Counted from the stretch's first letter, positions 19,639 to 29,780 are shown. The stretch: DNA of 64,000 nucleotides from Candidatus Marinacidobacterium sp. (GCA_965220965.1 OZ244852.1:896001-960000), one strand, 5' to 3'. Numbers and translations are program-made. Notes: generated from the letters alone by a model not told the origin.

Positions 19639-21309
19639 ATGGAGTCCGCGGGAGTCGGCCGGCCGCGGCGCTCGGGAGACGCCGCGCTCTGGTGGGCGGC
19701 GTTGGCGCTGCTCGCCGTCGGGGGCTGCTCGGAGGTTCCTTCTCCGTCCGGCGAAACGGACGCCGCGGTGTTCTTCCGCGGGGGCCAGGTTCTCGACGGT
19801 ACCGGCAACCCCTGGTACGCGGCCGATGTGCTCGTGATCGGGGACCGGATCGAGCGCGTCGGAGTCGTGCCCGCCGAGGCCGTTCCCCAGGCCGCCCGGG
19901 AGGTGGATGTAACCGGGCTCACGGTGATGCCCGGCTTCATCGATCCCCATTCCCATGCGGGGCCGGGGCTCGCGAACCCCGAACTTCGGGCCGGCGTTCC
20001 CATCGTCCACCAGGGGATCACGACGGTCCTCGTGAACCCCGACGGCGGCGGCGAAGTGGACCTCGCGGCGCAGCGGGCGGCGCTCGAGAGCGGCGGGATC
20101 GGCGTCAACGTGGCGCTCATGATCGGCCACGGATCGGTTCGTCGCGAGGTCATGGGAATGGAGGACCGCCCGCCCACCGAGGAGGAGATGGACCTGATGG
20201 CGGGGCTCGTCCGCGCCGGGATGGAGGCCGGGGCCTTCGGGATGAGCGGGGGGCTCTACTACGCGCCCGGCAGCTACGCCGCGAACGACGAAGTCGTACG
20301 ACTGGCGGCCGAGATCGCCCCCTGGGGCTCGTTCGTCAGCCACATCCGCGACGAGAGCGACTACAACATCGGGCTGGTCGCCGCGGTGGAGGAGGTCATC
20401 GAGGTCGCGGAGGCGCAGCGGATCCGGGGTGTGGTGACCCACTTCAAGGCGCTGGGGCCGACGGTCTGGGGCCTCAGCCGCGAGGCCACGGCGGCGATCG
20501 ACCGGGCCCGCGCCCGGGGCGTCGAGGTCTTCGCCGACCAGTACCCCTACGAGGCCTCCGGCACCAGCATCGTCGGCGCGCTCGTGCCGCGATGGGCGCT
20601 CGCCGGCGAGGCCATGCCGGGGATGCCCTCCCCGCTCCAGGAGCGGCTCGGGAACCCCGCGGAGCGCGCGCGGCTGCGGGCCGACATGCTCGTGGCCCTC
20701 GAGCGCCGCGGCGGCGCGGAGACCCTCCTGCTGTCCCGGCATCAGGCCGACACCTCGCTCGAGGGGCGCTATCTGAGCGATCTCGCCCGGGAGTGGGAGC
20801 TCGAACCGATCGACGCCGCGCTCCGGCTGCTCGAGGACGGGGGAGCGGGCCTCGTCTCCTTCAACATGGCGGAGGACGACATCGCCCACATCATGACCCG
20901 CGAATGGACCATGGCCTCGTCCGACGGCGGTCTCGTTCCGTCGGATCAGGGCAGGCCGCATCCGCGCTTCTACGGGGCGTTCCCCCGGCGGATCTCGCGC
21001 TACGTGCGGGAGCGCGGCGTGCTGACCCTGGCGCAGTCGGTCCGGGGCATGACGAGCCTGCCCGCGACCGTGCTGCGCATGCCCGATCGGGGCCTGCTGG
21101 CGGCGGGCCGCATCGCCGACCTGATCGTGGTGGACGCCGAGCGATTCGGGGACGCCGCGACCTATCAGGAGCCCCACGCGCTGGCCGAGGGGATCGAGTA
21201 CGTCCTGGTGAACGGCGTCTTCGCGCTCGATGGCGGCGAGGCCACCGGCGCGCTCGCCGGCCGGGTGCTCACGCCCCACTGGCTGGACCAGGACGGCGAA
21301 GCGCGGTGA
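19639..21309 (+). CDS. N-acyl-D-amino-acid deacylase family amidohydrolase, probable lipoprotein
   Basis: PGFIDPHSH, SHIRDE, DQYPY, SSDG, HPRFYG; lipobox-like LAVGGC. Confidence 0.88.
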   Translation: MESAGVGRPRRSGDAALWWAALALLAVGGCSEVPSPSGETDAAVFFRGGQVLDGTGNPWYAADVLVIGDRIERVGVVPAEAVPQAAREVDVTGLTVMPGFIDPHSHAGPGLANPELRAGVPIVHQGITTVLVNPDGGGEVDLAAQRAALESGGIGVNVALMIGHGSVRREVMGMEDRPPTEEEMDLMAGLVRAGMEAGAFGMSGGLYYAPGSYAANDEVVRLAAEIAPWGSFVSHIRDESDYNIGLVAAVEEVIEVAEAQRIRGVVTHFKALGPTVWGLSREATAAIDRARARGVEVFADQYPYEASGTSIVGALVPRWALAGEAMPGMPSPLQERLGNPAERARLRADMLVALERRGGAETLLLSRHQADTSLEGRYLSDLAREWELEPIDAALRLLEDGGAGLVSFNMAEDDIAHIMTREWTMASSDGGLVPSDQGRPHPRFYGAFPRRISRYVRERGVLTLAQSVRGMTSLPATVLRMPDRGLLAAGRIADLIVVDAERFGDAATYQEPHALAEGIEYVLVNGVFALDGGEATGALAGRVLTPHWLDQDGEAR

Positions 21310-22706
21310 CCGAGGTCCGGCCCGACAGCCGCGGCGCGATCGCCGCGACGATCCTGGAGACGGTCGGCGACACCCCCCTCGTCGGGCTCCGCCGGATCGG
21401 TCGGGGACTCCCCGGCCGGGTGGCCGTCAAGATGGAGTCGTTCAATCCGGGAGGCTCGGTCAAGGACCGGATCGCGATCTCGATCATCGAGGACGCGGAG
21501 CGCCGCGGCGAGCTTCAGCCGGGCGGCACGATCGTCGAGGCCACCTCGGGGAACACCGGGATGGGGCTGGCGCTCGTCGCCGCCGTCCGGGGCTATCGCT
21601 CGATCTTCGTCATGCCCGACAAGATGAGCGACGAGAAGATCCGGGCGCTCCGGGCGCTCGGCGCGGAGGTCGTGGTCACTCCGACCGCGGTCGAACCCGA
21701 AGACCCGCGCAGCTACTACATGGTCGCGCGCCGCCTCGTCGAGGAGACCGGGGCCTTCTACGCGAACCAGTACCACAATCCGGTGAACCCCGAGACCCAC
21801 TACCGCTTGACCGGGCCCGAGCTCTGGGGGCAGGTGGGACCCGAACTGCACACCCTGGTGTGCGGTCTGGGAACCGGGGGCACGATCTCGGGGACCGGCC
21901 GTTACCTCAAGGAGCGCAATCCGGCGATCCGGATCGTAGGGGCGGACCCCTTCGGCTCGCTCTACGACGAGTACTTCCGGACCGGGAAGCTGGGCGAAGC
22001 CACCAGCTACAAGGTCGAGGGCATCGGCGAGGACTTCATCCCGTCCACGATCGACTTCAGCGTGGTGGACGAGGTCATCCAGGTGAGCGACCGGGACTCG
22101 TTTCTCATGACCCGGCGCCTCGCCCGCGAAGAGGGCCTGTTCGTCGGGGGTTCCGCGGGAACGGCGATGGTGGCCGGCCTGCAGGTCGCCGGACAGGTCC
22201 CTGAGGGGGCGCTGGTGGTCGTGCTCGCGCCGGATTCCGGCAGCCGCTACCTCTCGAAGATCTTCAGCGACGACTGGATGCGCCAGAACGGCTTCCTCGA
22301 CACCGGCTTCGAGGGGGCCCGGGTGGCTGACGTGCTCGCCGCCAAGGGCGGGGAGGAAGTGCTCAGCCTCCCCGAGACCGCCGGAGTGCGCGATGCGGTG
22401 GCGCTCATGCGGGACCACGATGTCTCCCAGCTTCCGGTGCGGAGCGGCGACGGCTTCATCGGGGTGGTGACCGAGGCCTCGCTGCTCGAGGGGATGCTGG
22501 CGGGGGGGCCGGCGAGGGGCGACGACCCGGTCCGCTCGTTCGTGCGGGCCGACTCGGTCGCGACGGTGGAGGCGGATCGCCCGCTCGAGGACCTGGCGCT
22601 GATCTTCGCCCGCGGCCGGATTGCGGTGGTGACCGACGAGGGTCGGGTGGTGGGCCTGCTCACCCCAATCGACCTGCTCGACTACCTCTCGCGCGAGAGG
22701 TCCTGA
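21306..22706 (+). CDS. cbs: Cystathionine beta-synthase with C-terminal CBS domains
   Basis: KMESFNPGGSVKDR, EATSGNTG, GLGTGGT, YKVEGIG, RYLSKIF, CBS pair; GTGA overlap. Confidence 0.9.
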   Translation: MTEVRPDSRGAIAATILETVGDTPLVGLRRIGRGLPGRVAVKMESFNPGGSVKDRIAISIIEDAERRGELQPGGTIVEATSGNTGMGLALVAAVRGYRSIFVMPDKMSDEKIRALRALGAEVVVTPTAVEPEDPRSYYMVARRLVEETGAFYANQYHNPVNPETHYRLTGPELWGQVGPELHTLVCGLGTGGTISGTGRYLKERNPAIRIVGADPFGSLYDEYFRTGKLGEATSYKVEGIGEDFIPSTIDFSVVDEVIQVSDRDSFLMTRRLAREEGLFVGGSAGTAMVAGLQVAGQVPEGALVVVLAPDSGSRYLSKIFSDDWMRQNGFLDTGFEGARVADVLAAKGGEEVLSLPETAGVRDAVALMRDHDVSQLPVRSGDGFIGVVTEASLLEGMLAGGPARGDDPVRSFVRADSVATVEADRPLEDLALIFARGRIAVVTDEGRVVGLLTPIDLLDYLSRERS

Positions 22707-22734
22707 GCGGCGTCGGGCGCGAAGTCCCAGCGAG

Positions 22735-24345
22735 CTACATCCGGCGGTAGCGGGGGCCCGCGCCTCCCTCCCGGGGGGTCCAGCGGGGGCCGAAGACATC
22801 GGCGGCCCGGCAGTCCACGCAGTTCGACTGGTTCACGGTGACCGTCTCGCCGCGAACCTCGTAGACCCCGGCCGGGCAGATCCGCTCCCAGAGGCGCGCC
22901 GCATCGGCGGGGACCGGGTCGGGAAGCTTCAGGTGGGGCGGATGGTCGTCGCGGGTGTTGTTTCCGGAGAGGAAGACGCCGTCGAGCTTGGTGAACGGCG
23001 GAGGCTCCGGCGGCGGTCCCGCAGGAGCCCGGAGGTGATCGGCGTCATCCACCACCGGAAGATCGCCCCGGGGGAGGGCGCCGCCGGTCAGGGTGGCCAG
23101 TCCGGACACCAGAGCGCCCCGCCAGAACCCCCGGGCGAAGGCGGGCCGGAAGTTTCGGGTGCGGCGCAGATCCCGAAGGATCGCGCTGTCCTCAAGCGAG
23201 GCGTCGTAGAACGAGAGCGGCACGCCCGCCCGCAAGTGGCTCACGACCGCGTCGGCGGCGAGGATCCCGGACAGCATCGCGTAGTGGATCCCCTTGAGCG
23301 AGGGGACATCCACGAACCCGGCGGCGTCGCCCAGCACGACCACACCGTCGCCCGAGAGCCGCCCGGGCAGGGCCGCCGGCCCCCCCTCGGGGATCAGCCG
23401 CGCGCCCCACTCGAGGCATTCGCCTCCGTCGAGGTGCGGCCGTACGAGAGGGTGCTCCTTGAGCCGCTGGAGCGCGGCGTGGGCGTCGAGCGCCGGGGTG
23501 GGCGCGTCGAGGCCCACGACGATCCCGAGCGCGGCGAGTCCCTCTCCCATGGGATAGAAGAAGCTGCCGCCGAACGCGTCCCGCGGCAGGGGGTAACCGA
23601 GCGTGTGGATCACCCGTTCCGGAGGCCGCTCCGAGCGCCAGAGCTCCTTCACGCCGAGCGCATACACCGCCGGAGACGAGGCGCGGACCCCCGAGCGCTC
23701 CATCCACGCCGCAGTCAGCGGGCCCCGGGCGCCCTCGGCGAGAACGACGACGCGGGCTGCGATGTCGGTCGGCGGCTCGTAGCCGGCGCCGGGGGAGCCG
23801 TCGCGGCTCAGCCCGGAAGGCGTGGTCTCTACGCCGACGACCCGCCCCTCGCGCCGGAGCAGGCGACCCACCGGGAATCCGGGGAACACCTCGACGCCGA
23901 GCCCCTCGGCGCGCGCCGCCAGCCACCGGACCATCTCGGAGAGCGAGGCGGTGTAGAAGCCTCGGTTCCGCATCGTCGGCGGCGTCGGGAGCCGGAAGGA
24001 GCGCTCTTCGGTGAGGAAGAAGACGCTCTCCCCGGTGACCGGGAGGCGGAAAGGAAACTCCGCCTCCGGCGTGTCCGGGAAGAGCTCGCGGAAGGCGACC
24101 GGATTCACCACCGCGCCCGAGAGCGAGTGTCCGCCCGGCTCGGCCGCCTTCTCGAACACCGCGACCGAGATCTCCTCCCCCGCGGCCCTCGCGGTCTGCG
24201 CGATCCGGATCGCCGCCGCGAGCCCGGCGGGACCGCCGCCCACGACCGCGACGTCGAAGGGCAGGGCGTCGCCCGCCGGCGCCCGCTCGGCCACCAGCCG
24301 GTCGACCGGCAGCGGCGGGCGGTGATCGGCGAGGCGGATGCTCAT
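22735..24345 (-). CDS. Electron transfer flavoprotein:quinone oxidoreductase (ETF-QO/FixC-X type)
   Basis: VVGGGPAGLAAA, HSLSGAV, LGVKELW, IPEGG, GDAAGF, KGIHYAM, CPAGVY, NCVDC, GGAGPRY. Confidence 0.9.
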   Translation of the reverse strand: MSIRLADHRPPLPVDRLVAERAPAGDALPFDVAVVGGGPAGLAAAIRIAQTARAAGEEISVAVFEKAAEPGGHSLSGAVVNPVAFRELFPDTPEAEFPFRLPVTGESVFFLTEERSFRLPTPPTMRNRGFYTASLSEMVRWLAARAEGLGVEVFPGFPVGRLLRREGRVVGVETTPSGLSRDGSPGAGYEPPTDIAARVVVLAEGARGPLTAAWMERSGVRASSPAVYALGVKELWRSERPPERVIHTLGYPLPRDAFGGSFFYPMGEGLAALGIVVGLDAPTPALDAHAALQRLKEHPLVRPHLDGGECLEWGARLIPEGGPAALPGRLSGDGVVVLGDAAGFVDVPSLKGIHYAMLSGILAADAVVSHLRAGVPLSFYDASLEDSAILRDLRRTRNFRPAFARGFWRGALVSGLATLTGGALPRGDLPVVDDADHLRAPAGPPPEPPPFTKLDGVFLSGNNTRDDHPPHLKLPDPVPADAARLWERICPAGVYEVRGETVTVNQSNCVDCRAADVFGPRWTPREGGAGPRYRRM

Positions 24346-26360
24346 CCGCCGAAGCGCTCCGGATCCCAGACGAGACCGAGTTCGGAAGGGGGGCCGATGT
24401 ACCCGAGGAGCGCCGAGGAGGCCACCACCGCCGGGCTCGCGAGGAAGCCCTCGCCGCCCCGTCCCATCCGGTTCGCCCAGTTCCGGTTGAACGAGGTGAT
24501 CGCGCGCATGCCCGGCTGGAGCGCGTCTTCGCCCTGGCCGAAACAGGGGCCGCACCAGGACTTGCGAATCGCCCCGCCCACGGAACGGAACACATCGGCG
24601 ATCGGCTCGCCGCCCAGCCGCGGCTCGGCTTCCTCGATCCGGTTCCGGACGCCCCCCGAGCCCGGAAAGATGACGAACTTGCGCCGGGCCTCGGCGGCGG
24701 CGCCGTCGCGCGCCGCCTGCACCACGCGCGCGGCGGAGAGCAGATCCTCGTAGCTGCCGTTCGTGCAGGAGCCGATGTAGGCGCAGTCGAACCGGATCCG
24801 TTCCTTCGCCACGTCGCGCGCCGGATGGGTGTTTCCCGGCGACGGGGGGAACGCGACGAGCGGCTCGACCTCCGCCAGATCGAAGACCTCCTCCGCCTCG
24901 AAGCGGGCCGCCGGTCCGGCGGCGGTCGGGGCGTAGGGAAGATCCCGGAAGCCCTGCTCCCGGTACCAGCCAGCGGTCACCTCGTCGAACGGGAAGATGC
25001 CGTTCCAGGCCTCGGCCTCCGCCATCATGTTCGCAACGGTGTTCCGCCAGGTCATCGGAAGGACGCCCCCGGGGTCCGAGAACTCCACGGACATCCCGGC
25101 GGCCGCCCCGTTCCACCGGGTGATGAGCTGGAGCACCACGTCCTTGCCCGAGGACCACTCGGGAAGCGCCCCGGTGAACACCACCCGCCGCGCCGCCGCC
25201 GGCGTCAGGAACACCGCGCCGGTCGCCCAGCCGAAGCCCAGCGCGGTCGAGCCAACGCCGACCCCGAGCGCTCCATAGGCGCCGTAGGCGCGACTGTGGC
25301 TGTCGGCGCCCGGGACGACGGCGCCGGGGACGACCAGCCCCTGTTCGGGGAAATAGAAGTGGAAGATCCCGTCGCCCGGAGCGGCGAACCACGGGGGCCG
25401 CAGGTCCTCGGCGGCGGCGAACGCCCGGCTGATGCCGGTCTGCCGGTCGTCGCGCTCGCGGCCGGTGAACACGAAGTGGTCGGCGGCGATGGCGGCCTGG
25501 CGCGGGTGGATCGCGCCGCCGGTGATCTCGCGGAAGGTGTGGATGGCGAACGGGGCGGTGCCGTCCGAGGCCGGGAGCAGGTCGGCCGCCACCAGCAGCG
25601 TCTCGCCGGGGACCACCCGGGTCTTCCGGTCCACCCGGTGGGCGTGGAGGATCTGCTCGGTTGCGGTGAGGCGGGCGGCGGTCTTCCGGCCGGGGAAACG
25701 CACCTCGAGCTCCCGGTCGAGCGAGGCGTGGAATTCGCGGCGGCCGGCGGTGACGATGCCCCCGGCGCGCCGCAACTGCTCCTCGCGCGCCGTCAGCGGC
25801 TTGGGTTCGTAGTCGCGGCCCAGGGTGAGGTTCGTGAGCCGGCGGGTTCGCGGCTCGAAGGAGAAACGGTGCCCGTCATCGGCGTCGGCGACCGCCGCCG
25901 GGCACTCGAGCACGTGAAGGCCCAGGTTCAGCGCGTTTCGCCGGAAGATGTCCCCCACGGCTTCGCCGAGGACCAGCACGAGGGTCAGTCCCGCATCGTT
26001 CGCGACGCCGAGAAGGCCCGCCGGGCTCATCTCGCGGGAGGACCCCACCGCGAACCGGTCGCCGGCCACCAGGAAGTTCTGTCCGGCGCGCACCCGGGCC
26101 GCGAAGTCGGGCATCAGGTAGCGGAAGGCCCCCTCCTTCCAGCGCCGGTCGAGCGAGTCGAGGCTCTCGGAGACGCACCAGGCCGAGGGCGTGATCTGGT
26201 CGGTGTCGATCGCGTCCCGTTTGCGCTCGGGGCGCTCCGGGTCCCGGAAGATCAGCGCCTCGCCGGTGACCGGGGCGTCGTCCGCCGGGGATGCTTCGGG
26301 CCCCGCCTCGAGCGGCGGCAACGGGACGCCCGGTTTGCGGCGGGGCGGCGGGAGAGGCAC
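24342..26360 (-). CDS. Aconitase-family dehydratase: LeuD-like swivel domain fused N-terminally to LeuC-like large domain
   Basis: IDTDQITP, GSSRE, IFRRNALNLG (swivel); GADSHS, IGSCTNG, CGPCFG, SFNRNW, LASP (large). GTG 26360 lies 7 nt after TATACT; the ORF extends to 26432. Confidence 0.85.
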   Translation of the reverse strand: MPLPPPRRKPGVPLPPLEAGPEASPADDAPVTGEALIFRDPERPERKRDAIDTDQITPSAWCVSESLDSLDRRWKEGAFRYLMPDFAARVRAGQNFLVAGDRFAVGSSREMSPAGLLGVANDAGLTLVLVLGEAVGDIFRRNALNLGLHVLECPAAVADADDGHRFSFEPRTRRLTNLTLGRDYEPKPLTAREEQLRRAGGIVTAGRREFHASLDRELEVRFPGRKTAARLTATEQILHAHRVDRKTRVVPGETLLVAADLLPASDGTAPFAIHTFREITGGAIHPRQAAIAADHFVFTGRERDDRQTGISRAFAAAEDLRPPWFAAPGDGIFHFYFPEQGLVVPGAVVPGADSHSRAYGAYGALGVGVGSTALGFGWATGAVFLTPAAARRVVFTGALPEWSSGKDVVLQLITRWNGAAAGMSVEFSDPGGVLPMTWRNTVANMMAEAEAWNGIFPFDEVTAGWYREQGFRDLPYAPTAAGPAARFEAEEVFDLAEVEPLVAFPPSPGNTHPARDVAKERIRFDCAYIGSCTNGSYEDLLSAARVVQAARDGAAAEARRKFVIFPGSGGVRNRIEEAEPRLGGEPIADVFRSVGGAIRKSWCGPCFGQGEDALQPGMRAITSFNRNWANRMGRGGEGFLASPAVVASSALLGYIGPPSELGLVWDPERFGG

Positions 26361-26463
26361 CGGCCGGAGTATAGAGAGCGGTCGGGCGCCCTCCTCGTCG
26401 CCTGGCGGGCCGGCGAGACATCCGGCCTTCACTAGAATTCCCGCTCTGCCCGGCCCGAGTTTC

Positions 26464-27666
26464 TTGCGTTTCGTCTCTTCCGCGGTGCTCGTGGCGTTCG
26501 TCGCCGGTACGGGAACCGCCGAAGCGGCCGGCCAGTTTCCGACGCCGCCGGCGTGGGAGATCGAGGCCCCCGCCGCGGCCGACCCGATCTTCCTGCTGAC
26601 GATGGGCCCGGATCACGACGAGGTGTTCCGGGAGTGGGGCCACGCGGCGCTGTGCGTTGGCGAGCGCTGCTTCAACTACGGCGTCACCGATTTCTCGCGG
26701 CCGGTGGGGCTGCTGGTCGACGTGTTGCGCGGGGACGCGCTGTTCTGGGTCGCGGTCACTCCCTACGAGAGGACGGTCGCCACCTACTTCGGCCACGACC
26801 GCAGCGTCTTTCGCCAGGACCTCGACCTGACGCCGGAAGCCCGCTCCGCGCTGCTGGGGAAGCTCGCGGCTGATCTGGTGCCCGGGGCGAGCGAGTACCT
26901 CTACAACCACTTCGAGGACAACTGCACGACGCGGATCCGCGACTACCTCGACGAGGCGTCCGGAGGGGCGCTGCGCGACGCCGCCGCGGGTTTCCCGCCG
27001 TCGGTGGGGCGGGGGGGCGGCCCCGGGAGTTTTCGCACCCAGATCCGGCGCGGCCTGACCGAGCGGCCGCTCTTCCTGTGGGCCTCCGATGTCGGGGTGG
27101 GATCCGCCGTGGACCAGCCGATCAGCGGCTTCCAGACGATGTTCCTCCCCGAGGCGCTCCGCGCCGGAGTCGAGGCCGCCTTCGACGCGCCGCCCCGGCA
27201 ACTTCGCTCCGGCCGCGATGGCGACACACTGCCCGGCGACCCGGGAAGCGGCGGCTACGTGCCGGCGCTGCTGCTGGTGGCGGGTGGCCTCGCGTTGCTC
27301 GTCCTCCGGGGAGGACGGCTCCGCCGGCTGGCGACGGGCGTGAGCGTCGCCGCCCTCACGCTGCTCGGGACGATCGGTCTCTTCCTGGTTGTCGTGAGCC
27401 CGCTTCCCGAGTTCCATTCGAGCCTGCTGTTCGCCGCGGTTCCGGTCACCGACGCGCTCCTCGGAACCCGGCTGCGGCGCTGGTACGCTCCGCTGCGGCT
27501 CGCGTTCGGACTGGGCTTCCTGGCGGCGCTCCTGATCGGGTTCTTCCCGCAGCCGCTCGAGTGGATGCTGTTCGCCGCCCTCCTGCCGGTCGCGGCGATC
27601 TGGTGGCGGGACCGGCGGCCGCGCGACCCGGGCGCTGAGGGCGGGTCGCGGACGGACCGGCCGTGA
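26464..27666 (+). CDS. DUF4105 / Lnb-like membrane protein
   Basis: LLTMGP, WGHAAL, FNYG, YLYNHFEDNCTTRIRD, MFLP, C-terminal TM helices; start uncertain (26446-26485). Confidence 0.75.
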   Translation: MRFVSSAVLVAFVAGTGTAEAAGQFPTPPAWEIEAPAAADPIFLLTMGPDHDEVFREWGHAALCVGERCFNYGVTDFSRPVGLLVDVLRGDALFWVAVTPYERTVATYFGHDRSVFRQDLDLTPEARSALLGKLAADLVPGASEYLYNHFEDNCTTRIRDYLDEASGGALRDAAAGFPPSVGRGGGPGSFRTQIRRGLTERPLFLWASDVGVGSAVDQPISGFQTMFLPEALRAGVEAAFDAPPRQLRSGRDGDTLPGDPGSGGYVPALLLVAGGLALLVLRGGRLRRLATGVSVAALTLLGTIGLFLVVVSPLPEFHSSLLFAAVPVTDALLGTRLRRWYAPLRLAFGLGFLAALLIGFFPQPLEWMLFAALLPVAAIWWRDRRPRDPGAEGGSRTDRP

Positions 27667-29057
27667 CCGGGCCCGGTCCGGCGCCCTCTCCGGGCGAGGA
27701 AGGGGCCGCGGTCTCCGAACGGATCGGGTCGCTGCTTCGCCGGCGGTCCATGCCGGAGGAGTTCATCCGGGCGTTCCTCGCCGCCCGGGACTCGGCGATT
27801 CGCGGTTCCTGCTGGCTGCGCGAGGAGGAGATCGAGCCCGTCGAGGATCTCGCCCGCCTTCCCGAGGACGGCCTCGAGGCCACCCCGGAGGAGCGCGCCC
27901 GCACCGTCGCGATCACGCTGAATGGCGGGCTGGGGACCACGATGGGCATGAAGGCGCCCAAGGGCCTGCTTCAGGCCGCCGCCGGCATGACGTTCCTGGA
28001 GCTGACCCTCCGGCAGTCCGAGGGGGTGGCAGTCCGTCCGCTCCTGATGAACAGCTTCGCCACCGACGAGTCGGTGCGGGAGGCGCTCTCCCGAAGGAAC
28101 GGGCGAGGTCGGGTGGAGAGTTTCCGGCAGCACCTCGCTCCCAAGCTGAGCCCTGGCCGGCTCGAGCCCGTCCGGTCCCGGGACCGTCCCGAACTGGACT
28201 GGTGTCCGCCAGGGCACGGGGACGTCTACACCGCGCTGGGATCGAGAGGCGCGCTCCGCCGGCTCCTCGAGGACGGTTACCGGTACGCCTTCATCTCGAA
28301 CGTGGACAACCTCGGTGGCTGGCCGGATCCGGCGCTTCTGGCGTTCTTCGTCCGCTCGGGCGCTCCGTTCCTGATGGAGGTGGTGCGGCGGACCGAAGCG
28401 GACTGGAAGGGCGGACACCTCGCGCGGAGGCGCCGCGACGGACAGCTCGTGCTGCGCGAGACCGCCCAGTGCGCCCCGGAAGACCGGGAAGCCTTCGGTG
28501 ACGCGAACCGCTACCGGTACTTCAACGCCAACAACCTGTGGGTGCGCCTCGACGCGCTCCAGGAAGAGCTGGCTCGCCGCGGCGGGTTCCTGCCGCTGCC
28601 GGTGATCGTGAACCCAAAGACCCTGGATCCCCGGGATCCGGAGTCCACGCCCTGCGTTCACCTCGAGCAGGCGGCGGGATCGGCGATTTCGGTGCTCCCC
28701 GGGGCGATGGCGGTCGAAGCGCCCCGCCGCCGCTTCGCCCCGGTCAAGACGACCGAGAACCTGCTCCTCCTGCGCTCCGACATCTACCAGGTCCGAAGCG
28801 ACGGCCGGGTCGAGCCGCGCCGGGATCCGCCGCTGGTCGAGCTCGACGCGAGCCGCTACCGCTTCGTCAGCGACTTCGAGGAGCGGTTTCCCCACGGACC
28901 CCCCTCGCTCCTCGGGTGCGACCGGCTCCGGGTGGAGGGCGATGTCCGCTTCGGCAAGGGAGTCGTCTGCGAGGGGGCCGTCACCGTCGCCGCCGCGCCC
29001 GGCTGTCCCGCCGCCGTTCCGGACGGCGCGCGCCTCGCCGGAGTCGTCCGCGTCTGA
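27663..29057 (+). CDS. UTP--glucose-1-phosphate uridylyltransferase, eukaryote-like UDPGP family
   Basis: LNGGLGTTMG, WCPPGHGD, FISNVDNLG, KGGHL, LRETAQ, FNANNLW, RFAPVKT. Confidence 0.9.
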   Translation: MTGPGPAPSPGEEGAAVSERIGSLLRRRSMPEEFIRAFLAARDSAIRGSCWLREEEIEPVEDLARLPEDGLEATPEERARTVAITLNGGLGTTMGMKAPKGLLQAAAGMTFLELTLRQSEGVAVRPLLMNSFATDESVREALSRRNGRGRVESFRQHLAPKLSPGRLEPVRSRDRPELDWCPPGHGDVYTALGSRGALRRLLEDGYRYAFISNVDNLGGWPDPALLAFFVRSGAPFLMEVVRRTEADWKGGHLARRRRDGQLVLRETAQCAPEDREAFGDANRYRYFNANNLWVRLDALQEELARRGGFLPLPVIVNPKTLDPRDPESTPCVHLEQAAGSAISVLPGAMAVEAPRRRFAPVKTTENLLLLRSDIYQVRSDGRVEPRRDPPLVELDASRYRFVSDFEERFPHGPPSLLGCDRLRVEGDVRFGKGVVCEGAVTVAAAPGCPAAVPDGARLAGVVRV

Positions 29058-29096
29058 GACGAATGCCGCCGGCGCCTCCACCGGCCCGGAACGGAC

Positions 29097-29780
29097 TCAG
29101 AGCAGGCCGAAGCGTGCGAGCGCGGCGGCGGTCCGGGGGGGACGGGCCTCGCCGGGGAGCTGATCCAGGGTTCGGGCGAGGAGCCTCAGATCCGCGGCGC
29201 GGTCCACGTCGCGGTGTGCGGGCAGGGTGATCAGTCTCAGTCCGGCGGCGGAGGCGGCGCTCCGGGTAGCGGCGGCGACCGCTTCGGAGCCCCACGGGAT
29301 GGAGGCGAAGAGCGGGTCATGGCGTCCGGTGAGCGACGGGGCGGTGGCGAGCGCGAGCAGAACGTAACCTCCATCCGCCGCCGGCGAGAGGGCGCAGTCG
29401 GCGCGCCCGAGCGCGGCGAACGCCGACTCGATGAGGCTGGCGGGAAGCAGCGGAGCGTCGGCGCCGATCAGGGCGAGCCGCGGGACCCGGTCCCGGCCGG
29501 CGTCCCGCGTCGCCCGGCGGAGGCGGGCGCCGAGATCCCCCGGCCCCTGAGCGACGATCCGCCACGGACGCGGAACCTCGAGGGGAGAACGCTCTCCGGA
29601 CTCCGGGTCGTCGGTGAGGCGGAGTTCGAGGTCGGTCGTGGAAGCGAACTCCACCGCCAGGCGCTCGAGAAGGTCTTCCGCCATGGCGCGCTGCAGCGAG
29701 GCGGCCTGCTCGTGGGAGAGCGGAGGCACGAGGCGCGTCTTCGTCGCGCCCGGGACCGGTCGGCGGGTGAAGAGCGCCAT
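29097..29780 (-). CDS. DUF2064 / TIGR04282-type transferase
   Basis: P.PG.TKTRL.P, QGPGDLGARL, IGADAP, PAADGGYVL, DVD..DL. Confidence 0.85.
   Translation of the reverse strand: MALFTRRPVPGATKTRLVPPLSHEQAASLQRAMAEDLLERLAVEFASTTDLELRLTDDPESGERSPLEVPRPWRIVAQGPGDLGARLRRATRDAGRDRVPRLALIGADAPLLPASLIESAFAALGRADCALSPAADGGYVLLALATAPSLTGRHDPLFASIPWGSEAVAAATRSAASAAGLRLITLPAHRDVDRAADLRLLARTLDQLPGEARPPRTAAALARFGLL

Noticed and set aside
29097-29780. Arsenosugar or selenium biosynthetic cluster
   Set aside because: The DUF2064 gene is alone; no radical SAM, methyltransferase or sel/ars genes are in the window.
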